Below are positions 44,224 to 52,673 of a stretch of 64,000 nt of DNA, piece after piece. The notes beneath the pieces are model-generated. The model did not search any database, had not been told where the DNA came from, and saw only the letters and a list, made by a program, of their open reading frames with translations. Positions within the stretch are counted from its first letter, which is position 1. Each line of letters opens with the position of its first letter. A program made the translations under genes and the position numbers. This DNA comes from Terriglobia bacterium (GTDB taxonomy: Bacteria; Acidobacteriota; Terriglobia; Terriglobales; Acidobacteriaceae): assembly GCA_963813645.1 (NCBI GenBank), contig CAWEZS010000012.1, forward strand, positions 225,846-289,845, read 5' to 3'.

Positions 44224-44388
44224 ATGATGAACCTGATTGAGAGAATTTGGTCCGAAGACCAGGGACAAGACATCGCCGAGTACGCAGTCATGCTAGCTGT
44301 GATTCTTGTTCTGGTTGTCGGCACGATACGACTGGTCGGCTCTAATGCCAACACTGTTTTCTCCAACGTAGGCAGTGCAGTTCAATAG
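44224..44388 (+). CDS. flp: Flp family type IVb pilin
   Basis: 54 aa: MMNLIERIWSEDQG/QDIAEYAVMLAVILVLVVG. Contains the G-x4-EY Flp motif, with GGAGG 7 nt upstream. Confidence 0.75.
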   Translation: MMNLIERIWSEDQGQDIAEYAVMLAVILVLVVGTIRLVGSNANTVFSNVGSAVQ

Positions 44389-45662
44389 GCGCCAGACTCG
44401 CCACCGGCGACTCCATTTTTTAGGCGGTAGAGGGTTTCGCCTGCGTGGGGAACGAGTTTGGTGCCCTCATCCTCGCGTCCTTGCCAATCTTCAAACCTGA
44501 TGCTGTTGGGATCAACATAATTCAGGTTCACGCGACGACAGCGTCCTTCGGGAATGCCGGTCGCGAGGCTGACTTTTATCCGCAGAGTCTCGACGCCGGT
44601 CGAAGCGTCGTACGTGCCCTGCCCGATCAGGTGCGTGGAATGCGCGATCACGCCACGCGGCACGTCGGCAAAGCGCTCCCACTGTTTCAGAAAATAATCC
44701 CGGCAGTGATAACCGATGCGGTCGAGAAATACTCCGTGGGTGTAACTGAATTCCGTAATGTGCGGAGCATAGAGAACGACTTCACCGCCATCCGCGATGG
44801 CAGGCTCCAGTTTGTACATGCCCTTGGCGCCGGTCCAGATGTCGTCATACATCTGGGGCAGGACGGAGAGAACGCGGCGAAAGGGACGATCTTCCCAACG
44901 AACATGCTCTCGTGCTGACAGCTCCGCCGCCTCTTTCCAGGCTTCCCGCGCGGAGCCGAAGTAGATGCCGGCGACATCCTGGTTTCTCAAGACCAGAGCG
45001 AAGCAGGAAACGGGAACCGTAATCTTCTCGGCGGCCTGATCGATCAGAGCACGCACCGGAGTGCAAGGCGTGCCGATGAGGTTGTAGCTACCCAGCAGGG
45101 CGCCAAGCCAGTGCGTCTGGTTGATCATTTCTCCACTGCTCACTCCCGGGAACAGATACTTGTTGCCTCCCGAAAACCCCACCACTTCGTGGGGAAACAC
45201 AGGTCCGCAAATCAAGACCTGGTCGTAGTCGAAAAGCAGGCGATTGACCTTGACCAGGATTGGCTCGGACAGAAGGCCCCCGGAGGCCTCGGCAACTTTC
45301 TCGGCAGGGATCGTGCCTAAATCTACAAAGGTGCCGGGAAGATCCCAGCGATGGTTGAGGACCCGGGCGGTACCGCAGCTTCCGTTGACGACAGGACATC
45401 CCATTAGACGGGTAAGCTGCGTCTCATTCATGAGCGAATGTGTGCCCAGGGCAACGAGGTAGTCGCAGGCGGACGCCTGGGCGCCGATCTCCTCACGCAG
45501 AAGCTGAAACATCAGGGGCATCGGCATGGTGCGAGTGCCGTCGGGAATAATAGTCAGCACACGCTTGCCTTTGAGTTTCAGGTCGGCGGCCGCCTGGGCT
45601 ACGACTTGGCGAACCTCGTCGCAGGAGAGCACGCGATCCATCGCACTTTTGCCGAGAGTCAT
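44382..45662 (-). CDS. LarA-like (lactate racemase N-terminal domain, DUF2088) protein
   Basis: VLTIIPDGTRTMP...LVALGTHSLM... pattern. The start is set downstream of the repeat that inflates the tracked ORF. Confidence 0.7.
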   Translation of the reverse strand: MTLGKSAMDRVLSCDEVRQVVAQAAADLKLKGKRVLTIIPDGTRTMPMPLMFQLLREEIGAQASACDYLVALGTHSLMNETQLTRLMGCPVVNGSCGTARVLNHRWDLPGTFVDLGTIPAEKVAEASGGLLSEPILVKVNRLLFDYDQVLICGPVFPHEVVGFSGGNKYLFPGVSSGEMINQTHWLGALLGSYNLIGTPCTPVRALIDQAAEKITVPVSCFALVLRNQDVAGIYFGSAREAWKEAAELSAREHVRWEDRPFRRVLSVLPQMYDDIWTGAKGMYKLEPAIADGGEVVLYAPHITEFSYTHGVFLDRIGYHCRDYFLKQWERFADVPRGVIAHSTHLIGQGTYDASTGVETLRIKVSLATGIPEGRCRRVNLNYVDPNSIRFEDWQGREDEGTKLVPHAGETLYRLKNGVAGGESGAY

Positions 45663-45696
45663 CAGATGGGACCTTGCTTCTGCATTATGGCATCCG

Positions 45697-45834
45697 CCAC
45701 GAACCACGTGGGGACAGCCGCCCTCGGCTGTCCGGCGGAGCGAAGCTCCGCTTGTCTTTGAGGGCGGCAAGAACCTGTCGAGCTTCGCTCGACTGGACAG
45801 CCGAGGGCGGCTGTCCCCACGTGGTTCGTGGTGG
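45697..45834. repeat. family B element (two complete inverted units)
   Basis: CCACGAACCACGTGGGGACAGCCGCCCTCGGCTGTCCGG... / ...CTGGACAGCCGAGGGCGGCTGTCCCCACGTGGTTCGTGGTGG. Confidence 0.8.
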
Positions 45835-45837
45835 TTC

Positions 45838-46614
45838 CTACTGGTTGACGCCGCTGGCCAGGAAGCCTCCATCTACCGCCAACACGTGGCCGGTGACAAA
45901 GCTCGCGGCTTCCGAAGCGAGAAACACCGCGGCACCACCAAGTTCGTCGAGCTTTCCGAACCTCTTCATCGGCGTTCGCACAAGAAATTCACGGCCGCGT
46001 TCGGTGCCGTCCAGCAGGGCGGAGTTCAGTTCGGTGCGAAAAACGCCGGGAGCGATGGCATTCACGCAAATTCCAAACTTGGCCCATTCAATGGCCAGCG
46101 ACTTGGTCAGTGAAGCCACCGCCGCCTTGCTGGCGCTGTATGCGGCAACTTCATAGAGAGCCACGAACGAGGATAGCGAAGCGATATTAACAATACGGCC
46201 ATAACCGCGCTCGATCATGTGCCGGCCAAAAACCTGACAGGCGCGCAAAGTTCCGTTCAGGTTGGTTTCGAGGATTCCATTCCACTCGGATTCCGGGACT
46301 TCGAGCGTTGGGCTCCGCTTGGTCCGTCCGGCGCAGTTGACCAGGATCTGCACGCCGCCGAACTCCGCCGTCACCGCCCGCAGAAGGTGGGCCAGGCTGC
46401 TGGTGTCCGTGACATCGCAGGTTTGGACGAGCGACCGCCGCCCGAGCGCCTTGACCTCGGCGACCGCAGCGCTCAACTGTTCGGCGCGGCGACCGGAGGG
46501 GACGACGTTTGCCCCAGCTTGAGCCAGCGCCTTGGTGAGAGCCAGCCCGATGCCGCTGGTCCCGCCGATCACTACGGCGGTTTTGTTCGTCAGATCGAGA
46601 AGCGGATAACCCAT
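45838..46614 (-). CDS. SDR family oxidoreductase (gluconate 5-dehydrogenase / 3-oxoacyl-ACP reductase-like)
   Basis: VIGGTSGIGLA, NCAG, YSASKAAV. Confidence 0.85.
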   Translation of the reverse strand: MGYPLLDLTNKTAVVIGGTSGIGLALTKALAQAGANVVPSGRRAEQLSAAVAEVKALGRRSLVQTCDVTDTSSLAHLLRAVTAEFGGVQILVNCAGRTKRSPTLEVPESEWNGILETNLNGTLRACQVFGRHMIERGYGRIVNIASLSSFVALYEVAAYSASKAAVASLTKSLAIEWAKFGICVNAIAPGVFRTELNSALLDGTERGREFLVRTPMKRFGKLDELGGAAVFLASEAASFVTGHVLAVDGGFLASGVNQ

Positions 46615-46662
46615 GAGTCGTCCTTGCTTACGGTTTTGTTAGACGAATTATAAAGTGTTTAA

Positions 46663-46728
46663 GTGGAGGACGGGCGTCCCGCCCGTCATACACAGGCCAT
46701 CGCCGGACGGGCGGGACGCCCGTCCTCC
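46663..46728. repeat. family C hairpin (GGAGGACGGGCGTCCCGCCCGTC - 17 nt - GACGGGCGGGACGCCCGTCCTCC)
   Basis: Perfect 23-nt inverted arms in a divergent promoter region. Confidence 0.75.
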
Positions 46729-46770
46729 GCTCGGTATAACATCTTCAGATCATGTAACGGAGGGACAGCT

Positions 46771-48426
46771 TTGAAGGCCATCATCTGCATACCTCGTAGT
46801 TTGTTTACGGCATTTGCGGTTACCGCAATTCTTCTCATCTCCCTGGCTCGCGCGCAGAACGCAAATTTCCATAACGCTCCGGCGTCGGCCAGGGCACTCA
46901 AGAACCCTTATGAAGGGCAGCAGCCTCCGAACGCGAAGGCGCTATTCCATCTGCGCTGTGCCCGCTGCCACGGAGAGAATGGCGAAGGCTCAGGCAACAT
47001 TCCTCCTCTGAAGGCCGAACGAATCAAGGCGGTGACCCCGGGAGAGATTTTCTGGTTCATCACTAAAGGCGATGTGCCCAATGGCATGCCCTCCTGGGCA
47101 ACTTTACCCAAACAACAGCGCTGGCAGATCGTCAGCTACGTGCAGAACCTTGGTCAGCGGCGCGCCGGATCGAGCGCTCCGCCGGCTGCGCCGATGGCAG
47201 CCGAGAAGCTGAATGCACCGCCTCCCAAGCCGCCGTTTACCGACTTTCGCTATGAGAAGCCGGGAAAAGTTTGGAAGATCACTCTCAAAGACCTTCCCGC
47301 TCCTTTTGCAACCGCGTCGGCGGGCAATGGACCGCAGTTGGTGGCGCGTCCCGAAGGCGCGTGGCCGGAGGTTCCTGAAGGCTTTAAAGTGGAGTTGTAC
47401 GCGGCGGGACTCGACAATCCGCGGATCATACGCACCGCTCCCAACGGCGACATTTTCGTGGCCGAGACCAAGGCGGGCGACATCCGAGTCTTCCGCGGGA
47501 TCACCGCGAATGGCAAGCCCGTGCAGATGTCGGTTTTTGCTGGCGGATTGAACCGGCCGTTTGGCATCGCATTTTATCCTCCGGGGCCGAATCCGGAGTG
47601 GGTCTATGTGGTCAATATGGACTCGGTCGTACGCTTCCCTTATCAAAACGGTGATTTGCAGGCCCGCGGTGCTGTCCAACACCTTGCGGACTTGCCGAGC
47701 GGAGGCGGTCACACGACACGTGACATCCAGTTCTCACTCGATGGCAAACGAATGTTCGTCTCGGTGGGGTCGGCTTCAAACGTCGACGACCCGGACACCA
47801 CGCCAGCGGAAAAAAACCGCGCCGACGTTCTAGTATTCAATCCCGACGGCTCAAACCTGCAGGTTTACGCCTACGGCATTCGCAACTGCGTGGGGCTTGG
47901 AGTGAATCCGTTGACTGGCGAGTTGTGGTGCTCAACCAACGAACGCGACGGGCTCGGTGACAACCTGGCCCCCGACTACATCACTCATGTGCAGGAGGGT
48001 GGGTTTTACGGATGGCCCTGGTGGTACATGGGCGGCAATCAGGATCCCCGGCACAAGGGCAAGCATCCCGAACTCAAAGATAAGGTCATCACGCCCGACG
48101 TCCTGGTGAACCCGCACAACGCATCCCTCGGAATTACTTTTTACGATGGCAAACAATTTCCGGCGCAGTATCAGGGCGATCTTTTCGCGTCGGAGCATGG
48201 CTCGTGGAACCGGGGGGTTCGTGTGGGCTACGAATTGATCCGCGTACCTCTGCATCAGACCGGCCATGCCAGCGGCGAATATGAGGATTTCATGACTGGC
48301 TTCGTCGTGGACAACGGGCAAGTGTGGGGACGCCCGGTTGGTGTCACCACCGCTCCCGACGGCTCGCTGCTGGTCACCGACGACGGTTCGAATTCCATCT
48401 GGAGGATCAGTTACACCGGAAAGTGA
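46771..48426 (+). CDS. cytochrome c domain fused to PQQ-dependent sugar dehydrogenase (sorbosone dehydrogenase-like)
   Basis: CARCHGENGEG haem motif then an sGDH-like beta-propeller (GIAFYP, HTTRDI, GIRN, ERDGLGD, GGFYGWPW). TTG 46771 has GGAGGGA upstream. Confidence 0.8.
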   Translation: MKAIICIPRSLFTAFAVTAILLISLARAQNANFHNAPASARALKNPYEGQQPPNAKALFHLRCARCHGENGEGSGNIPPLKAERIKAVTPGEIFWFITKGDVPNGMPSWATLPKQQRWQIVSYVQNLGQRRAGSSAPPAAPMAAEKLNAPPPKPPFTDFRYEKPGKVWKITLKDLPAPFATASAGNGPQLVARPEGAWPEVPEGFKVELYAAGLDNPRIIRTAPNGDIFVAETKAGDIRVFRGITANGKPVQMSVFAGGLNRPFGIAFYPPGPNPEWVYVVNMDSVVRFPYQNGDLQARGAVQHLADLPSGGGHTTRDIQFSLDGKRMFVSVGSASNVDDPDTTPAEKNRADVLVFNPDGSNLQVYAYGIRNCVGLGVNPLTGELWCSTNERDGLGDNLAPDYITHVQEGGFYGWPWWYMGGNQDPRHKGKHPELKDKVITPDVLVNPHNASLGITFYDGKQFPAQYQGDLFASEHGSWNRGVRVGYELIRVPLHQTGHASGEYEDFMTGFVVDNGQVWGRPVGVTTAPDGSLLVTDDGSNSIWRISYTGK

Positions 48427-48461
48427 CCGCAAGGCGGTTCACTGGGTTGAGCGAGAGCACG

Positions 48462-49961
48462 ATGCCAGATTCTCTCTTCTCACGTCGAAAATTGCTGAAG
48501 GCAGCGGGTGCCATGGCGGGCAGCGCCCTGCTTTCTCCGGTTGCTACTCTTGGGCAGCTAACTCCCGCGTCTCCGCGAGATGTTGAATCTCAGATGGCCA
48601 GCCCTCCGGACTACACCCTTACCATTGCGGTCAAGCCTATCGAACTTGCCCCGAATCGCATTCTCTCTACAACGACATACAACGGCCAGTTTCCCGGGCC
48701 ATTGCTGCGTTTGAAAGAAGATCAGCGGGTGACCCTGGACATTCACAATGAAACCGACAGGCCTGAGCAATTGCATTGGCACGGGCAAGCTGTTTCAGCC
48801 GATGTAGATGGGGCCGCAGAAGAAGGCACTCCGTTTATTGCGCCCCACGGAACCCGCCGCATATCCTTTACGCCCAAGCCCTCCGGATTTCGCTTCTATC
48901 ACACCCACGTCCGCGCAAGAGAAGACTTGAGCGCTGGACAGTACAGCGGCCTCGTCGGCCCCGTATACATCGAACCCAAGAACCATCCGGGCAATTACGA
49001 CCGCGAAATATTCCTCACCTTGAAGGAATTCGAGCCCACGTTCAGCCGCGGCGGTGATATGGCGATGGATTTCTTGACTCCGGCAACGGTGGTAAAGAGC
49101 CTGAAAGATACTGGAGAGCGTGCCATGAAAGCATCTCTGGCGAAGGGCGCGCCGCACGGGTTTGAAGTCGGCTACGGCTCGTTCACCATCAACGGGCGCA
49201 TGCTGGGCCATGGCGAACCGATAAGGGTCAGGCGCGGTGAGCGGGTGTTGCTCCACATTCTGAATGGAAGCGCCACCGAAATCCGCAGCCTGGCACTGCC
49301 CGGACACACCTTTACGGTGGTCGCGCTGGACGGAAATACAATTCCCAAACCAACGCCGGTTCCCGGGCTTTGGCTGGGCACGGCAGAACGGGTTTCTGCC
49401 ATCGTTGAGATGAATCATCCGGGGATCTGGATCATGGGCGATCTGGCAGACGACGATCGCCGTCGTGGCATGGGAATCATCGTCGAATATGCCGGGGAGA
49501 AGGGCAAGCCGCAGTGGATCGCTCCCAAACCGTTTCGCTGGAATTATGCCCATTTTGGCCGCTCCGCGGTGGCCCCAGAGCCTGACCAGAGCTTCGACAT
49601 GAGGTTCGCCAAGCAAAATGCTGCCCGGGATGGCTTCAACCTGTGGACGATCAATGACGTCGCCTTCTCAGAGGAACAAATGCAACCCATGTTCCGATTG
49701 GAGAAAGGCAAGCGCTACCGCCTTCGCATGCAGAACGCGAGTGATGACATCCATCCCATCCACCTTCATCGCCACAGTTTCGAACTGACTCAAAATGCCG
49801 GCCAAACGATGTCTGGAGTGATGAAAGATGTGGTGATGGTCGGTGGGTACCAGAAAGTCAACGTTGACTTCACGGCGGACAAGCCCGGGCTTACACTCTT
49901 TCATTGTCATCAGCAGCTCCATATGGATTTTGGGTTCATGGCGCTATTCGACTACATCTAG
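48462..49961 (+). CDS. multicopper oxidase, Tat-exported
   Basis: SRRKLLK twin-arginine signal. LHWHG, FYHTH, HPIHLHRH and HCHQQLHMDFGFM copper motifs. Confidence 0.85.
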   Translation: MPDSLFSRRKLLKAAGAMAGSALLSPVATLGQLTPASPRDVESQMASPPDYTLTIAVKPIELAPNRILSTTTYNGQFPGPLLRLKEDQRVTLDIHNETDRPEQLHWHGQAVSADVDGAAEEGTPFIAPHGTRRISFTPKPSGFRFYHTHVRAREDLSAGQYSGLVGPVYIEPKNHPGNYDREIFLTLKEFEPTFSRGGDMAMDFLTPATVVKSLKDTGERAMKASLAKGAPHGFEVGYGSFTINGRMLGHGEPIRVRRGERVLLHILNGSATEIRSLALPGHTFTVVALDGNTIPKPTPVPGLWLGTAERVSAIVEMNHPGIWIMGDLADDDRRRGMGIIVEYAGEKGKPQWIAPKPFRWNYAHFGRSAVAPEPDQSFDMRFAKQNAARDGFNLWTINDVAFSEEQMQPMFRLEKGKRYRLRMQNASDDIHPIHLHRHSFELTQNAGQTMSGVMKDVVMVGGYQKVNVDFTADKPGLTLFHCHQQLHMDFGFMALFDYI

Positions 49962-50102
49962 AACCCAAAACGGCTGCCGCATGACCGCGTTCGCGAAGAG
50001 CCGGTTGGAGCTCATAGACGATCTGGTTACAATTGCCTCGTTGCCGACGCACTTCCTTTTCAATCCTCCTATCAGGAAACTTTTGCGAGCTCGTGAGATC
50101 TC

Positions 50103-51269
50103 TTGATCCATAGATATGACGCTCTAATTCTCGGCGGCGGCGCTGCCGGGCTGATGTGTGCCATCGAAGCCGGGAAGCGGGGACGCCGGGTGGCTGTCCT
50201 CGAACGCGCCGAGCGGCTGGGAAAGAAGATTCTCATCTCCGGCGGCGGGCGCTGCAATTTCACCAACCTTCACTGCTCGGCGGCAAACTTCATTTCGGCG
50301 AATCCGCACTTCGCCAAGTCGGCGCTGGCGCGCTATACACCTTCCGATTTCGTGACGCTGGTCGAGAAGCACGGTATTCCTTATCACGAAAAGACCCTGG
50401 GTCAGCTCTTCTGCGATCACTCCGCTCAAGACATTCTGAATATGCTCGAAACGGAGTGTCGTGCGTCCGGAGTTCACCTGTCTACCAACACTGCGATCCA
50501 GCAAGTAACTCGGACCGACGAGTTTGTGGTGAGGGCAAAGGAAAGCGAATTTCGCGCTCCGGCGTTGGTTGTGGCCACCGGCGGACTGTCCATCCCGAAG
50601 ATGGGGGCCACCGGATTCGGCTACGACCTGGCGCGACAATTCGGATTAGCAATCCGCGAGACCCGTCCGGGGCTGGTGCCCCTCCTGTTCGGTACGGAAG
50701 ATGCGCGGCGCTACACCGGCTTGGCCGGCGTGTCTGCCGAGGCAATTGCTGCGTGTGACAGCCAGAGCTTCCGGGAAAAGATGTTAGTGACCCATCGCGG
50801 GCTGAGTGGGCCGGCGATCCTACAGATTTCGTCCTACTGGAAGAAAGGGCAATCCATCCTTATCGACCTCGCGCCGGAGCACGAAATCACGGCAGAGCTT
50901 CTCGAAGGCGTCATGCCGCGGAACCTGGCCTCGCTGCGTGCTGCGCTCCGTAGTTGTCTCCCGAACCGTCTGGCCGACCGCTGGTTGGAGATCCACGAAC
51001 CCACAAGCTGGACGAACCAAGCTCTTCGTGAGGTGGAGCGCCAGATACACCAGTGGGACATCGCTCCGGCGGGTACGGAGGGCTACGGAAAAGCCGAGGT
51101 GACAGTGGGCGGCGTCGACACCGACGAGTTGTCGGCCAAGACTATGGAGAGCCGGAAGCTGTCCGGCCTCTTTTTCATCGGAGAAGTTGTGGATGTGACT
51201 GGACACCTGGGCGGTTTCAACTTCCAATGGGCATGGGCATCGGGCGCCAGCGCAGGGCGGGCGCTGTAG
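50103..51269 (+). CDS. NAD(P)/FAD-dependent oxidoreductase, HI0933/BaiN family
   Basis: DALILGGGAAGLMCA...ISGGGRCNFTN...GEVVDVTGHLGGFNFQWAW. TTG start. Confidence 0.85.
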   Translation: MIHRYDALILGGGAAGLMCAIEAGKRGRRVAVLERAERLGKKILISGGGRCNFTNLHCSAANFISANPHFAKSALARYTPSDFVTLVEKHGIPYHEKTLGQLFCDHSAQDILNMLETECRASGVHLSTNTAIQQVTRTDEFVVRAKESEFRAPALVVATGGLSIPKMGATGFGYDLARQFGLAIRETRPGLVPLLFGTEDARRYTGLAGVSAEAIAACDSQSFREKMLVTHRGLSGPAILQISSYWKKGQSILIDLAPEHEITAELLEGVMPRNLASLRAALRSCLPNRLADRWLEIHEPTSWTNQALREVERQIHQWDIAPAGTEGYGKAEVTVGGVDTDELSAKTMESRKLSGLFFIGEVVDVTGHLGGFNFQWAWASGASAGRAL

Positions 51270-51328
51270 ATGAAACCTGTATCCAGGAACGGCACTGGCT
51301 CAGTTCTAACTTCCTCCCCTCATCACGG

Positions 51329-51435
51329 GTCATCCTGAGCTTGCCAAGGATCTAGCGTGTAGCGGATATGTACGACGGCGTGCCAATGGTGCGGTACGCG
51401 CGAGATCCTTCACGACTAAAGTCGTTCAGGACGAT
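51329..51435. repeat. family A variant element (same subfamily as 27679-27808)
   Basis: See 27679-27808. Lacks a 25-nt internal segment present in that copy. Confidence 0.75.
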
Positions 51436-51561
51436 GCCGGCGTGGGAGATTGTTCAAAGTTGCCACCCGTGGGGAAGCGCTCCTTGACGCCAACCAGAAC
51501 TGGGTTGATGATCTCAGGTCGGACTTCAACCCTCTGAACTTCACTTGGGAGTCTTGAACCA

Positions 51562-52641
51562 ATGACCTGCACCCTCTCCGTATCCGGCTGGCGAGTTAGA
51601 TCTTCCCTGCTGCGATTGGCTTGCGGCGCGCTTTTGGTTCTTGGGCTGGGCATCGCCTCCTGGGCGGCTCCAACGAGAGACAAAGCCCTGCATATCTACT
51701 TCGTGGATGTCGAAGGCGGCCAGGCAACGCTATTCGTGACGCCCGCCGCTCAATCCTTGCTGATCGACACCGGCTGGCCGAGGAACGATGGCCGCGATGC
51801 CGACCGGATCGCTGCTACTGCTCGGAAAGCAGGCGTCAGCAAGATTGATTACGTTCTGATTACGCATTTTCACGACGATCACGTGGGTGGCGTTCCACAA
51901 CTGGTCGCGCGCATTCCGGTGGGAACATTTATCGACCACGGGGACAATCGCGAGAGCACCGATGCTGTGACCGTGAAGGACTGGCAAGCCTACCAGGCCG
52001 TATTGGCAACCGGAAAGTACAAACGCCTCAGCGCCAAGCCCGGAGACGTCCTGCCCGTCAAGGGAATGCAAGCCACGATTATCAGTTCAGATGCGGCGTT
52101 GATCGAAAAGCCGCTGCCGGGAGCCGGACAGGAGAATCCGTATTGTAAGGATGCCGAACAATTTCCGGCGGACACTACGGAAAACCTCCGTTCTCTGGGG
52201 ACGTTGGTTAGTTTTGGCAAGCTGAGGATTCTCGACCTGGGCGATCTTACGCACGACAAGGAAATGCAGTTGATGTGCCCGGTGAACAAGATCGGCAAGA
52301 TTGAGATTTACATCGTTTCTCATCATGGCTGGGCGCAAAGCGGTAGCTTGCCATTCGTATACGGCATCGCCCCACGCGTGGCGATCATGGACAACGGCGC
52401 CAGGAAAGGCGGCACTCCATCAATCCTGGACATCATCAGGAAGTCGCCCGGCCTGGAAGATCTCTGGCAGCTGCATTTTTCCGAAGAAGGTGGCGCGGCG
52501 CACAATGTTGCCGCGGAGTTCATCGCGAATCCCGATGGCCCTGATGCCGCGCATGACCTGGAGTTGACGGCTCATCCAGACGGAAGCTTCGAAGTTTTCA
52601 ATTCCCGGACTCAGAAAAGCAAGAACTATCGAGCGCGCTGA
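51562..52641 (+). CDS. exported MBL-fold metallo-hydrolase
   Basis: Signal peptide and LITHFHDDHVGG metal motif. Confidence 0.75.
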   Translation: MTCTLSVSGWRVRSSLLRLACGALLVLGLGIASWAAPTRDKALHIYFVDVEGGQATLFVTPAAQSLLIDTGWPRNDGRDADRIAATARKAGVSKIDYVLITHFHDDHVGGVPQLVARIPVGTFIDHGDNRESTDAVTVKDWQAYQAVLATGKYKRLSAKPGDVLPVKGMQATIISSDAALIEKPLPGAGQENPYCKDAEQFPADTTENLRSLGTLVSFGKLRILDLGDLTHDKEMQLMCPVNKIGKIEIYIVSHHGWAQSGSLPFVYGIAPRVAIMDNGARKGGTPSILDIIRKSPGLEDLWQLHFSEEGGAAHNVAAEFIANPDGPDAAHDLELTAHPDGSFEVFNSRTQKSKNYRAR

Positions 52642-52673
52642 CCGACACCCAGACGGAATCGAGGACAATCCTG

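Noticed and set aside
45663-45872. N-terminal extensions that read through repeat elements: the LarA-like ORF to 45872, the PQQ-cytochrome c ORF from 46663, the thiS ORF to 29258, and ORFs 20183-20386, 28811-29134 and 45674-46156.
   Set aside because: The extra residues (…[12 protein letters not shown]…, …GRPARH…) are translations of the palindromic repeats and recur in unrelated ORFs. Plausible starts with RBS-like sequences lie downstream.
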